64,000 nt of DNA, taken from contig OX597830.1 of the NCBI GenBank assembly GCA_951406725.2, positions 61,194,001 through 61,258,000 of the forward strand. Direction: 5' to 3'. This DNA is from Octopus vulgaris (taxonomy: Eukaryota). A program made the translations under genes and the position numbers. Under the pieces are notes generated by a model that was not told the origin of the DNA, made no database searches, and saw nothing but the letters and a program-made list of their open reading frames with translations. Of the stretch, positions 14,100 through 27,729 are shown in pieces (within the stretch, counting starts at the first letter, position 1; the number at the start of each line of letters is the position of its first letter).

Positions 14100-15240
14100 A
14101 TATAATTCTCATAGTGAATACACCAGAATTCGAGATATTGAAGGAAGCTCTAAAGAAACAACTACGCACTAAAATTCAGTCTCCAGAACTGTACAAACAA
14201 AACTCTTACTATTGCAATGGCTCGATTTCTGGGCATAAATTCAGAAACAAACATGAGATGTGTCTTGTCGTTGACATCGAAGACAAAGAAATACATACAC
14301 TTATATAGAAGCAGTGATAGAAAATGTCAAAGGTGAAATCCTTAGAAAGTCTTTTAGATTCTCCTTCACAAACGAAATACAAGGTAAAGAAATCTGCAGA
14401 ATCAAAAAAGCACTAATTAACAGTAGACTGCGTGCACGCACGCTTGAACCCGCAGCCTCCCACCTCAAAGCTATCCGTCACATGCGCTGGAACGGACATG
14501 TCTTCCGTCTCCCGCTAGATCATCCCATCAGGGTTTTACTCTCAGTCGACGCAGCGGCTGCGGGCTTGGCGAGGCTTCGTGGCAGGCCCCGCATCAGATG
14601 GCTGGACGTGATTGGGGAAGATCTCCAGATGCTCAACGTTACCTTGGAGGATGTAGAGGGGCGGGTAGGGGACCGTCGACAATGGAGAGCACTGGTGGAT
14701 ATAATTGGTTCTACGCAGGATGACGCTTCTGGAACCGCTAACTTAGAATGATCCCCCAAACCCCATCAAGCAGGAGTATGAAGCCAGCCAGCAAAACCAG
14801 GTATTCGAATAAACAAGGAGATCAAGTGACAGAAGAATACAAGTACAATACCATACCGAGTATGAAAGATAAAGTACAAATAAAATGCTTTACATGAATC
14901 AAGTGTTTTACTAATGATAGAATTGATGAACTCATAATCAAAAATCTTATAAAGCAGAACATAAACCATATTTTATTACAAAAAATACTAAATATAAAAA
15001 AAAAAGATTCTTATCATTAAGGAACCACAAGTACTAAATCTGCAAACAATGACCAATATGATGTACGAGTTTGACTGCAAACGTGAAAATTGTAAATTTC
15101 CAGATTGCAATTTATATTGGACCAACCAGTAAGGCACTCTATATCTGTTATAGCAAGCACTACACCAAAGAGCAATTTCAATGCACTGCATCACACACTA
15201 TGCAAAACAAAACAAGATAGGAAAACATTGGGTAACAGAT
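14100..15240 (+). mobile_element. Decayed Penelope-like RT/GIY-YIG ORF, interrupted by an RTE fragment
   Basis: EICRIKKALIN, DRIDELIIKNLIKQNI, MYEFDC..C..YIGPTSKAL....KH, with frameshifts. Confidence 0.6.
14425..14790 (+). mobile_element. 5'-truncated RTE-like LINE 3' end
   Basis: MRWNGHVFRL..RGRPRIRWLDVIGEDL..DRRQWR, the typical RTE ORF C-terminus; GC-rich against AT-rich flanks. Confidence 0.85.
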
Positions 15241-15244
15241 ATAT

Positions 15245-15584
15245 GGTGACCCCCTTCGGTCAGACACTGACCATGGGTTTGCAGCAAGAGAGTTACCCTC
15301 TGAGGCACAAGTCTGGGCAAGGTTGTTTTATGGAAGACCAGCAGTCGCCCATGCATACCGGCCTCCCCTCTCCACGTCACCGATGTTGTCCAAGGGAAAG
15401 GCAAAGGTCGATACAGCTTGGCACCAGTGACGTCGCAACTCATTTCTACAGCTGAGTGAACTGGAGCAACGTGAAATAAAGTGTCTTGCTCAAGAACACA
15501 ACACGCAGCCCGGTCCGGGATTCGAGCTCACAACCTAACGATCGTAAGCTCGACGCTCTAACCACTGAGCCACGCGCCTTCACA
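15245..15584 (-). mobile_element. tRNA-derived CORE-like SINE (family C), full length
   Basis: Head GGCGCGTGGCTCAGTGGTTAGAGC..CTCGAATCCC; CORE-like GTGTTCTTGAGCAAGACACTT..CTCAGCTGTAGAAATG; 12-bp TSD TAACAGATATAT. Confidence 0.85.
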
Positions 15585-15852
15585 TAACAGATATATATGC
15601 TACGCAGAATTAACACAGAATGAAATAAGAAGTAATAATTTACTAATACAAAGGTTTTTAGTGTGTAGATTTCATCTTCATTATAATTGAGCAAATATAG
15701 GAAAAGTATAGAAAACCTAGGTGTGTGTGTGAAAATCTCGATTTATGAACTATAGGGACAAAAGAAATTACCAGAAATATTACGTTCAAATTTAAATATA
15801 TTGAATTCTGTGTGTCTCTAAGTAAAGTTAACTGATGATATTTGGAAAAGCT

Positions 15853-16084
15853 AGGCGGCGAGCTGGCAGAAACGTTAGCACGTCGGGCGAAATGCGTAGC
15901 CGTATTTCGTCTGCCGTTACGTTCTGAGTTCAAATTCCGCCGAGGTCGACTTTGTCTTTCATCCTTTCGGGGTCGATAAATTAAGTACCAGTAACGCACT
16001 GGGGTCGATATAATCGACTTAATCCGTCTGTCTGTTCTTGTTTGTCTCCTCTGTGTTTAGCCCCTTGTGGGTAGTAAAGAAATA
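15853..16084 (+). mobile_element. SINE family B (tRNA head, Deu/Nin-like domain), full length
   Basis: B box GAGTTCAAATTCC; CTTTCATCCTTTCGGGGTCGATAAATTAAGTACCAG; 16-bp TSD GATATTTGGAAAAGCT. Confidence 0.9.
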
Positions 16085-16486
16085 GATATTTGGAAAAGCT
16101 TCCTAAAAATTGATCAGGTGATATTTTAGAGAGGTTATCGAGAATTTTTAAATAAATAATAGAGTTTGTATTCTAATGAATAAGATATATCACTAATTAT
16201 TAATATAAGGAAATGTAAACTTGGTAAGATGTAATTTAATACTCTTTACGATTCTTTAAGAGATGAACTACTTATATAAACTTCCTGCAGATACCCGATC
16301 CCCAAACGGTAGCAACCAGTAGCATTCCATTGTCGAGTGACTAGGGAAAGATAATGGTGACAAAAAAGTATTCAAACTGTCGGGGGAAATACAAAAAAAA
16401 AAAAAAGGAGAAAAGAAAAAGAAGTCACGACACTAAAAGAGAACATCAACAGAAAACTATTAAAGCAGGTGAGGGAAGAGGAAATA

Positions 16487-16882
16487 TATTTCTTTATTGT
16501 CCACAAGGGGCTAAACATAAAGGGGACAAACAAGGACAGACAAACGGATTAAGTCGATTACATCGACCCCAGTGCGAAACTGGTACTTAATTTATCGACC
16601 CCGAAAGGATGAAAGGCAAAGTCGACCTCGGCGGAATTTGAACTCAGAACGTAACGGCAGACGAAATACCTATTTCTTTACTATCCACAAGGGGCTAAAC
16701 ACTGAGAGGATAAACAAGGACAGACAAACGGATTAAGTCGATTACATCGACCCCAGTGCGAAACTGGTAATTAATTTATCGACCCTGAAAGGATGAAAGG
16801 CAAAGTCGACCTCGGCGGAATTTGAACTCAGAACGTAACGACAGACGAAATGCCGCTAAGCACTTCGCCCTACGTGCTAACC
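16487..16882 (-). mobile_element. SINE family B dimer
   Basis: Two tandem bodies with junction AAGAAATA|GGTATTTCGTCTGCCG on the minus strand. Confidence 0.88.
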
Positions 16883-17407
16883 ACTCCCAAAACAACAGCG
16901 ATGCCATTTCCCTGAACATTAATGAAGACAGTGACATTGAATTGAGATTCAATGCTCTTTGAGGATAAAACCAAACAACTAATAGACAAAATCACGTATC
17001 TGTGGTGTTATGGATATTCCTGTGATGTAAAATGACGGACCGGCCGCTGGGGTTGGAATACAGGAGGCACTTGTAAGACGGTTCTTGGTAAGAGCAATTC
17101 AAAGTTAGTACGATGAAGTGAAACAAACTCATCTTAAAGAAATGAGTAGTTATTTACCCCACCCAAGTCAAAAACAGAAGCTTTGGTACTCGGTACTGTA
17201 ACAGAATATGGCACTGTAGTCCAGCAAATTCGAGGGTGTGAGCTTGGTCCGACGGAACAGGATTACTTCGATCATCAGGATTTCTTAGTGCGCAGTGAGA
17301 ACAAATTCCATTGCACTCAAATTTGCCTTGTATCATTTTGGGATCGATAAAATAAAGTACCAGGAGCATGTCCTCCCCTCAAAATTGATGATCTTAGAAA
17401 CCCTTAA

Positions 17408-17577
17408 GAAGGCAGCAAGCTGGGAGACTTAGAACTGTTTACGTTCTGAGTTCAAATTTTACCGGGTTTGACTTACATCCTTTCGGGGTCGATAAAAAAA
17501 AAGCTGAACACTAGAGTCGATGAAATCGACTATCCCCTCCCCATAAAATTTTCGGTCTTGTGCCTATAGTAGAAAGG

Positions 17578-17640
<63 letters not shown>
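17408..17640 (+). mobile_element. SINE family B variant with (ATT)n tail
   Basis: Same head and domain; ends CTTGTGCCTATAGTAGAAAGG(ATT)n. Confidence 0.8.
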
Positions 17641-18132
17641 TTTTTTATTTATTATTATTTGCAAGTCCCATTAGGACTGGTATCCGTCTTTTCCAATATA
17701 CGTATTTTTGAAAAACTTCCTTCTTTTTCCTACCTCAATTCATCTAAATTCTAGTGATAAGTTATCCTATCGAGCAGGCTTTTCATCATTTTTTCAGTCT
17801 ACGGAGAAATAATTAAATTCGTCCTATTTATATATCAACTGCATAGGATCACAAATATCTTACTTTGATACTGTGTGAACTGAGATCTCATTGTTAGACC
17901 GTTGATATCAATTAAGGGGTTCACACGGTATGCAAATTATAGCCCCAGTTCTCTGCAGCTATTAGAATTGTTGAGTATATAAACAGATCGACTGTTAAAT
18001 TCTCCAAGTTTTACCAAATTGCTGTAGACACTCTGATGAGAACCTAGTAAGGTTCAAAAATCGATTAGGGCTGTTCATTTTGTTTTTCGACCGAAGGAGA
18101 ATATAGCTAAAATTAGCCCTGTTTATGTGCGC

Positions 18133-18649
18133 AGGCGTGGATGTGTGGTAAGAAGCTTGCTTCTCAACCACACGGACTCGGGTTCAATCCCATTGTGTCG
18201 CACCTTGGCCAAACGTCTTCTGCTATTTCCTCTGGCCGACTAAAACCTAGTGAGTGGATTAGGTAGACGGAAACTGAAAGAAGCCCATCGTATACTCTTT
18301 ACTCTTTTACTTGTTTCAGTCATTTGACTGCGGTCATGCTGGAGCACCGCCAGTACTTATTCTATCGGTCTCTTTTGCCGAACCGCTAAGTGACGGGGAC
18401 GTAAACACACCAGCATCGGTTGTCAAGCAATGCTAGGGGGACAAACACAGACACAAACACATACACACACATATATATATACATATATACGACGGGCTTC
18501 TTTCAGTTTCCGTCTACCAAATCCACTCACAAAGCATTGGTCGGCCCGAGGCTATAGGAGAAGACACTTGCCCAAGATGCCACGCAGTGGGACTGAACCC
18601 GGAACCATGTGGTTGATTAGCAAGCTACTTACCACACAGCCACTCCTGC

Positions 18650-18650
<1 letters not shown>
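18133..18650. mobile_element. SINE family A: plus-strand head fragment followed by near-full minus copy
   Basis: Plus 18133-18292 and minus 18295-18650 match 61489-61908. Confidence 0.85.
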
Positions 18651-18702
<52 letters not shown>

Positions 18703-18913
18703 GGGTATTACTACACGTAAATGCCTCAAACTATAAGAGACTCTTAAAGTCAAAACCGAGATGTAATTTGTAAAACCCGCCTTTTACATGGATATATAAG
18801 TGTGAACATTTCTACGTACTATGTTGGATACATTTGGAAAGTGGATTATATACACTAACTATGAAATCATATGATTTGCGGCTGAATCTGTTTTTAAGAG
18901 ACGACTTCCAAGT

Positions 18914-19039
<126 letters not shown>

Positions 19040-19284
19040 TGTTTGTGTGCGTGTATTTGTGTGTGTGTATGTGTGTGTTTGTGTGTGTGTATTTGTGTGT
19101 GGGAGAAAATGTTTGTCCCCCACCATCGCTTGACAACCGGTATTGGTGTGTTTATATCTCCGTAACTTAGCGGTTTGTCATAGAATAAGTACTAGGCTTA
19201 CAAACATTAAGTTCTGGGGTTGATTTGTTCGACTAAAGGCGGTGCTCCAGTATGGCTTCTGTCAAATGACTGAAACAAGTAAAA

Positions 19285-19358
<74 letters not shown>

Positions 19359-21829
19359 CAAAACAAAAAATGGAACTAGAACGTAACAGGCGACAACAAA
19401 ACATCCGGACAGTTAGACGATACAAAAAAGGACAGGGAAAAACAAGGACGGGACATTCGGAGCTTTCAGTCTTCAGTCGAGAAGCAGATCATCTTTGCGG
19501 TTAATCTCGAGACTGCTCTAATCTGGCCGACCCCAGGGAAATCTAAGCTAAGTGCACTAGATTCTTTGGAAGAAAGTAAGCGAATGTATACGAAAACAAG
19601 GACGAAAAGAAAAACAAAAAAAAAAATACAGAAATGGAACACAGTTACAAATACAAACAACAGGACATTAACAACAGGTGTCTTTCGACTAAGGAAGAAT
19701 TAAATTAAGCTGGCGTGTGTGGAAGTGAAAAAATGTTATACCTTTATCATTTCTGTTTATTATTAGCTTACAAATCCTACAGTAATCTCCTCTTAGCTGG
19801 ATAATTTTTAGGGAATCTTTGAAAAATAAATTAATCACGGGATTAGTTTATTTTCATGTAGGAATTTAAATTTGGCTGTGATATACCTGCTATGTTTTTA
19901 TGTCGATCGTTTGTGCATCTTAGATTTCCATACATCTAGGTTTTCAACGCTGCCCCTACAATTATTAATTATGCGTACGAAATCCTACGGTAATAAAATC
20001 ACTCCTTATTTCAATTCAGGACTTTCCTTACTCCGTTTTTGTTCTCTCACTCGTCATTCTACCGCTTCCTCTGCTTGTCTCTCTCCCTTCCTCAGTTTCC
20101 CTCATCTTCTCAGTTACCGGGATTTCCTTTTCCCTTCATACACACATACACTTCTATATTACACCATATCGCGAAAGGTATACTTTCGCAAACAAGAGCA
20201 GAAAACAGTTAGACATTGCAATCAAGTATCTCAGTTTCTACTATCAGTACCAGTATTGCAGATGTATTCAGTGATAGGTCTTGATGTAAACATTTTTATG
20301 TACCTAGCTATTCGTAGAAGAAAGGAACTAGAGAAAATACCACTGATTTGTATCTAGTTCTGGAAATTATGTTTGTAAACGACAGACTATGCTGATGATC
20401 TTGTAGATTTTCGCGTATGCATTTACGTGAATATTAACAAGTGAAACTGATCGGTACATAGGTAATCGTTTTCGATTTCGTATATTTTCATTTGTCTTGC
20501 TTATTTTTTACACTTTGGTTTTGTGCTGAGTTTTTTCTTGAGAACACATTCTTCGTGGAAAATAGCGATTTTGACGTCTATATCTAGCATATTGACCGTC
20601 CACTTTTAGTGGTCAGTCCTTCAAATTTTGTATGTAAAAAACATTTTAATCTTCGGATTTTTTTAATATGCTAGGCCACTGGTTTTAATTGATTAATATC
20701 AATTTCTACCCTTATTCAATTTTATATATATATATATAGATAGATAGATAGATAGGTAGATAGATAGATAGATAGATAGGGAGGTGTGTTTGTGGAACAG
20801 CTTTCCCACGCTTTACTATTTCGTTTGGTGAATTTCCATTTCTATATAAGTTAAATTCGTTGTTATTAAATCCTGGTGCTTTTCTGTCTTTAATATATTT
20901 CAGGTATTATTTTTTTAAAGATTGTAAACAAACAAATGATAGCTTACAACGATGCTTCGTACTGTTGAAGATCCTAGTATATAACCATTGGAATTTTGTA
21001 AAATATCTGACTGGTTTTGGTGCAAAGGTTTATAGAAGCACAGACAGTGTCTCTTTAGGGATTTCTTTTCTAAGAGGTTTTGCTTTCATTTACAACAGTG
21101 AGGACGATGACTCTTTCAATCGCTGTAACAAGGACAGCAGGTACTTTTTTCAAATGTAGTGATTCCAGAACCCGTGGAGAGGAAAGGAAGTCAAACACCG
21201 TTTTGTAACCAAGTCATTCTGTCATAAGTTGAGATAGCAAAGTTGTTCGCACATCCCGCATATAGATTCCTTTCCACTCGTCTGATAATTACTCGCTAGC
21301 TTATTGGGGGAAATAGTTGAGACAGGTTGTGTAAAGCTTTCTACCAAATGATTGGTTTTCAACGTGGTTACCAGTTTGGCACGGCAATTTCATCCTCCAT
21401 ATTTTTGTTTTGTCTTCTACAGAGTGCCAAAATCTTTTCCCAACATCAATTGGTAAATATATTTCTATTATGCAGATTTCTCACAGATGTAGGGAAAGCT
21501 TCACAGTTTATGGTGTACTTTTTAATGTTGATATTACTACCCTAATTATTCTCTTTGAACGTATTCAACCGTGTTTATCATTTTCAGTTTCATATTAGGC
21601 CAACATAATTGAAGATATTCTTGGGGTAGAGATTTTTCTGCTTAATATTATTTCCACTCTCCAACATCCAGCTTGTAAGTTAAAAGTAAAATTGTGGTAA
21701 ATACTGGATTGTTGAAGTAATGAACTTTCTGACTTAAGAAATTGAGTTCACGTTTAAAAAAACTTCGTGAAGGCTTCAAGACTTCAATTATAATTTTTCA
21801 TTATAATCGATTTTAAATATAGAAATTTC

Positions 21830-22236
21830 GGATTTCTTCGGTTTGAACGGCAGTTTTTTCTAGCGGTGTCATATGAAATTATCCCCCATAATTATGACCC
21901 TAGTATCGATCTATTGCATTTCAATCTCTTTTAGGGTTAGGGGTGGGGGAAGGGTATTTTTTTTCTTCACAAATGTAAATAAACCCAATCTGTTTCTCAT
22001 ACGAGGGACATATTCATACGGCACAGAATGCTTTTTAACTCAATAGACGTCACTGATTGGTTGAAATTGCAGAAATTGAAGAAAAAACAACAAATATCTT
22101 ACAAACTATAGAATTTTCTCAATAAAGCCAAGAGAAAAAGATGTTTTATAAACACATTCAACAAGTATACGAAGTTTAAAATTTTTTAGTTACCTAGAAA
22201 CTATGTTAAAAACTGCCGTTCAAACCGAAAAGATCC
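21830..22236 (+). mobile_element. MITE copy 3
   Basis: Same TIRs; perfect 8-bp TSD GAAATTTC; two TTAGGG units. Confidence 0.93.
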
Positions 22237-22369
22237 GAAATTTCTTTCATCGACAAAAAATAAGGGTTTTCCCATAAATAGCTATTGTCGTTTCGACAAC
22301 GAAGTATCGCCTCTTATTTAATTTAACTAATTGGAAGTGTTATCCTGTACATATTTTGTGCGAAAGATG

Positions 22370-22800
22370 GGCTACAGCAAATATTCAGTTCAATACAACA
22401 GATTTGCTTGTCAGTCATTTGACCTTAACCAGTTGAGTATGTCTCTTAGGGACTAACAATATGTGTATCTTTGATCATGAGCAGAAGTAGTGGGGCTGCA
22501 TCATAACCAGGTGTTGTTGATAGGAATTCTTTGGTGTTTGAATAATTCATAACCCTTAACCAGGGGTTTTTTTGAGCGAGGTGGGCTATTCAACCTGAAG
22601 AAAATTCGAACTTGGTCCCACCTGCAAGGTCAAGCGTTGTTTATCTTGATATGAGGTCACTATGTCGCGTACATAAGGTTATGGTACATGTGCCTCGTGT
22701 ACACTTATCAGATGGGTATATTGGGCTTCGTATATTTGTACCACAATGTCACTTTGATATAATGCGCTGCTCTCTCACTCAATAATAATAATAATGATGA
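22370..22800 (+). mobile_element. Probable 3' UTR of a non-LTR retrotransposon ending in (AAT)n
   Basis: Non-coding, moderately GC block ending CTCTCTCACTC(AAT)n; family not assignable by eye. Confidence 0.35.
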
Positions 22801-22829
22801 TGATGATAATAATATTAATAATAATAATC

Positions 22830-23226
22830 ATCCTTTCTATCGAAGTCACAAGGCCTGATGTTTGGTGGGAGGGGACTAGTCAATTACATCGACTTATTTT
22901 ATCGAACCCGAAAGCAACGGTCAAAATACTGCTATCCATTTCGTCCAGCTTGCTAAAGATTCTACCAGCTTGCTGAAGATTCTACCAGCTTGCCGCCTTA
23001 ATAATAATCCGTTCTACTGTAGGCACAAAGCCTGAGATTTGGGGGAAGGGATTAAGCCGATTACATCGACCCCACTACGTAACTGGTACTTATTTTATCG
23101 ACCCTGAGAAAACGAAAGATAAAGTTGACCTCGGCAGAATTTGAACTCAGAACGTAAGGACGGACGAAATGCCGTTAAGCATTTTACCCGGGGTTCTAAC
23201 TTTTAATAATAATAATAATAATAATG

Positions 23227-23287
<61 letters not shown>

Positions 23288-23960
23288 CAACAACAATACT
23301 TTGTACTAAAGGCACTAGGCCTGAAAATTTAGTGGAGGAGACTAGTCGCTTACATCAATCCCAGTGTTCCATTGGTGCTTAATTTATCGACCCCGAAAGG
23401 ATAAAAGGCAAAATCAACATCGGCGGAATTTGAACTCAGAAGGTAGCGACGGGCTAAGCATTTCGCCGAGCGTGGTAACAATTCTGCCAACTCACCTCCT
23501 TAGTTGATAATAATAATAATAATGATTTCAAATTTTTCCATAAGGGCTGCAATTTCGTGGGAGGGGATGGGTTGATTACATCGACCCCAGTATTCAACTG
23601 GTACTTAATTTATCGATTCCGAAAGGATGAAAGGCAAAGTCAACCTCGGGGGAATTTGAACTCAGAAGGTAGCGACAGACGAAATGCCGCTAAATATTTC
23701 GCTCGACATGCTAACGGTTCTGCCAGCTCGCTGTCTTAATGATAATAATAATAATCCTTTCTACTAAAGGCACAAGGCCTGAAATTTGGCAGGAGGGGAA
23801 TAGTCGATTACATGAATCCCAGTGTTTCACTGGTACTTAATTTATCGACCCCGAAAGGATGAAAAGCAAACTCAACCTCGGCGGAAATTGAACTCAGAAC
23901 GTAAATGCTGCCAAGCACTTTGTCCGACGCGTTAACGATTCTGCCAACTCACCGCCTTAA
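22830..23960 (-). mobile_element. Five tandem SINE family B copies separated by (AAT)n
   Basis: Same orientation; copies start near 22830, 23010, 23300, 23525 and 23755. Confidence 0.85.
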
Positions 23961-24075
23961 TGATAAAAATGATATTAAAAATTGAATTGAAGATCAAATA
24001 GTGCGTGTGTTTAATAGGCAAAAGATGACCATCCCATAGTAAAATAACATATAACAATATATATATACACACACA

Positions 24076-24120
<45 letters not shown>

Positions 24121-24861
24121 GGGAGAGTTTACGAAAAAAAACAACAACAAAAGACGAAGACAGGTGGTGTACAAAACAAACAGATGTATTAGTATAACGC
24201 TCAGGAATAGAAAAAATCTTTTACGTTTCGAGCCTATGCTCTTCTACAGAAAGGGATACAGAAAAACAAGGAGAGAAAAAAAATGTGTTGTGGCTAACGA
24301 TCTATCATGTCGTCTGATATACACACACATGATATATATATATATATATATATATAAACATATATACGTGTGTATGTATGTATTTATATATGCATGTATC
24401 TTAGGTGGCCCCCAAAGATAAATGAACCAAAAATAGGGTCAAAGATTATATAGAGATCGTGTTCGAAGACATAGAAGTAATCGAGCGCGCTATAATGAGA
24501 ATGATGGCTTGATTTGTACTCTTTCATCAAAATGAAAGCCGTTCGTCTGATAGAAAAAGTGAAGAAAATCTTTGACCTTCCATCATTTGTAATACACCAT
24601 TTGTTTTCCTTTTGGTAATGTTACGTATGGCCAAGTAAGAAAGTGCTGGTCTGTCCAAGCCATATTTTCCTTTCAATACAGATTTGCGAAGATTTTATCT
24701 GTGCACTGGTGTTGCTTGTTAACATAAATGCACACATACATACATGCAGGCATATATATGTACTATGTATTTTTGCTATATCTCTCTCTTTCACCTCCCT
24801 TTCTCTGTCTGTCTGTCTGTCTGTCTGTCTACCATTTATGTGTGTGCATATACATATATAC

Positions 24862-24898
<37 letters not shown>

Positions 24899-24910
24899 TG
24901 TATATATATA

Positions 24911-24972
<62 letters not shown>

Positions 24973-25823
24973 CATATACATATATATACAAATATATATA
25001 CATAAATATGCACACGCACATATATATATATATAAATATATATATGCACACACATATATATATATACATATATACATATGTACACATAAATACGCATATA
25101 CAATTTATATATATATGTATATATTTACATATATATATGAATGTATGTTTAGAGAGAAAAGCAGTGTGAGAAAGAGAGAGAGGGGAAGAGAGAGGGAGAG
25201 AGAAAGAGTGAGAATGAAAGAGAGGGAGAGAGAGAAAGAGTGAGAATGAGAGAGAGGGAGAGAGAGAGAGAGGCGGGAGAGGCAGTGAGTGATTCATATA
25301 CTTCAATTAATCGATCAGTCTGTTCTGTCCATATTTGTATCTCCTTCGCTCTCGTCCCTGGCTCTCTACAAACCGCGCTTTCCACAGCCTCTTCTTTCTT
25401 TCACTCAGCCGCCAGCCTTCTCTCTTGTCATTCACTTCACCTTCTCTTCTCTTGCCTTTTCTGTCACATTTTCTACACATACCAACGCATGCACATACAG
25501 ACCCACATGCTGGTAAACACTCTCTCTCGCTCACGCATACGCACACACATTACGCGCACATATCCAAGCTGAAATCGATATATCGAAATATCTATATAAA
25601 TATCATAAATCTAAATTACTGATAGAATCGTCTATGCATTGATCTGTCCGTGCGTCCCTCGTTTTCTTCCCCGTTCCTCTTCATACGCCCTAGACACGTA
25701 CTCTATGCGTCTGTAGAGTAACATGTATATATATACATATATACACTTGTTTCTGCCTCACGCGTATGCATGTATATATATATATATATTTATGTATGTG
25801 TATATATATATATATACATAATG

Positions 25824-25905
<82 letters not shown>

Positions 25906-26087
25906 TAACTACGCAGAACTGTTGAGTTGGTGTGAGAATTTTGGATCTGGGCGTTTGTTTACGAACGTATTTGTGTGTGTGGATGTTTATGCCTCTCTGT
26001 GCGTGTGTCCGAGTATGTGCACCTAATGCTCAATTTAAATTTGCCCACCGACGATGCCAGCCGTCTGTACTGAAACTGAATATTCGT

Positions 26088-26259
26088 CATCATTACCATC
26101 ACCACCGCCGCCACCACCACCACCACCACCACCACCACCAATACCCCTTACCGCCCCCTACCACCCCCTACCAACACCGCTACCACCACCACCGCCGCCG
26201 CCGCCACCATCACCATCACCATCACCATCACCATAACCACCACCACCACCACCACCACC

Positions 26260-26312
<53 letters not shown>

Positions 26313-26408
26313 TATCGTCGTCGTCGTCATCATCATCATCATCATCATTATCATCATCATCGCCGTCGTCATCATCATCATCATCATCATCATTATCGTC
26401 ATCGTCGC

Positions 26409-26439
<31 letters not shown>

Positions 26440-26462
26440 TTCGTCATCATCATCATCATCAT
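26088..26462. repeat. Compound (CAC)n/(CAT)n/(CGT)n trinucleotide repeat
   Basis: Directly visible; source of the poly-His, poly-Asp and poly-Met ORFs. Confidence 0.95.
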
Positions 26463-26691
26463 CTTCAACGTCATTGTCTATTGACATTTACCTATTGACC
26501 TTTATGTGATATAGTGATTTATCTCCTGACATTCTATGATGTTCACAAACCACCTAAACAGTTGCTCTCTAATTATGTTAAACCCCCGGATTTCTGGATC
26601 TAAAAATTGATAAATTTCTAATTCTATCTCTGTTAGCTCCATCAAGGCATTTCACCAGCTTCTCTGCTATCGCTGATTTATAATCCTTGCA

Positions 26692-27150
26692 TACGACGGT
26701 GGGCTGAAAAATTCATAGGCTGACTATGAAGGAGTGATGCTAGATCTGCGAAATATTCCATGCATTAATTTCAAACTCTCCTTATATATATCTGTATTGT
26801 GTCTTTCCAGGTAAACTAACACCTGACTGTCCAAAGCAGACTGCAAAAGCATATTGTAGCACAGCAGGTATCACGTCATCGTCACTGCGATACTGGTTCG
26901 CAGCCAAGTGGCTTTTCATGCTGGTGAACAAATGATTGTTAGATGGGGTCAAATCAGGAGAATAGGGACGGTGATCAACCAGTTCAAAGCCGCAATCACG
27001 CACAGCATCCATTGAAAGCAAGGGCTTGTGTGATGGAGCATTGTTCTGATGAAACAAGGCTTTCTCGTCAGTTTTCTTGACAGCCTTTCGTAACTGTCTC
27101 AGCAAGTTGGCATAATACTCTCCATTGAAGGTATGGCACTTTTGAAAGGC
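26692..27150 (-). mobile_element. Mariner remnant
   Basis: Minus FHQNNAPSHK..GFELVDHRPYSPDLTPSNNHLF..MKSHLA; TIR-like TACGACGGTGGGCTGAAAATTC at 26692. Confidence 0.85.
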
Positions 27151-27729
27151 TCATGTTTCAGATTAATACAGCAGGGATGTGATGACGTAATCATCAAATA
27201 TGCAGCGGTGGTGCCCCATTTTTAAGGATTTAAAGATTTTATACAAAGCTTAATGAACAGTGCCGAGTCCCTGTCTAAAAAAACCCGTCCACAGAGTTGC
27301 TAGAATATAGATCAGATTAGGTCCCCTGGACAAGTCAGTTTAGTTCTAAGTAGTTCTTTCATAGACTAACTTTAACATCAGCTTCTTCAGACTTATTTTA
27401 AGTCCAAAAGTAGGACAAGCACCGGAAAGAAGGTGGAGGGGGTCTTTATTTTCAGAACATCTTTTAGAGTGGGCTACAAGAACACAATAATCAGAATTCA
27501 ACAAGAGATATAAAAGGTCTTTCATTTAACTTTGAACACCACAGCACAGTTGGAGAAGGTCTCTCTCTCTTTAACATCATCGTTGCTCTGGAATGGTTTC
27601 TGATAGAGCACGATTTCAGCGAAAGTAGGCCTTCGTGTCAGTGAGTATTTGAACAAAAAAAAACAACATAGAGACAGAGGGATAGAAGAATTAAGGAGGG
27701 GCGAGAAAAAATGAAAGAGACACAGTGAA

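Noticed and set aside
14314-14751. 145-aa host gene
   Set aside because: Chimeric ORF: Penelope remnant fused by insertion to an RTE C-terminus.
20860-21800. Coding-like unique stretch (also 33000-33900 and 43920-44380)
   Set aside because: Many stops and no motif I can identify confidently; probably ancient TE debris, needs tBLASTx.
25932-26498. Histidine-rich 188-aa ORF
   Set aside because: Pure trinucleotide repeat open in several frames on both strands; no splice or domain support.
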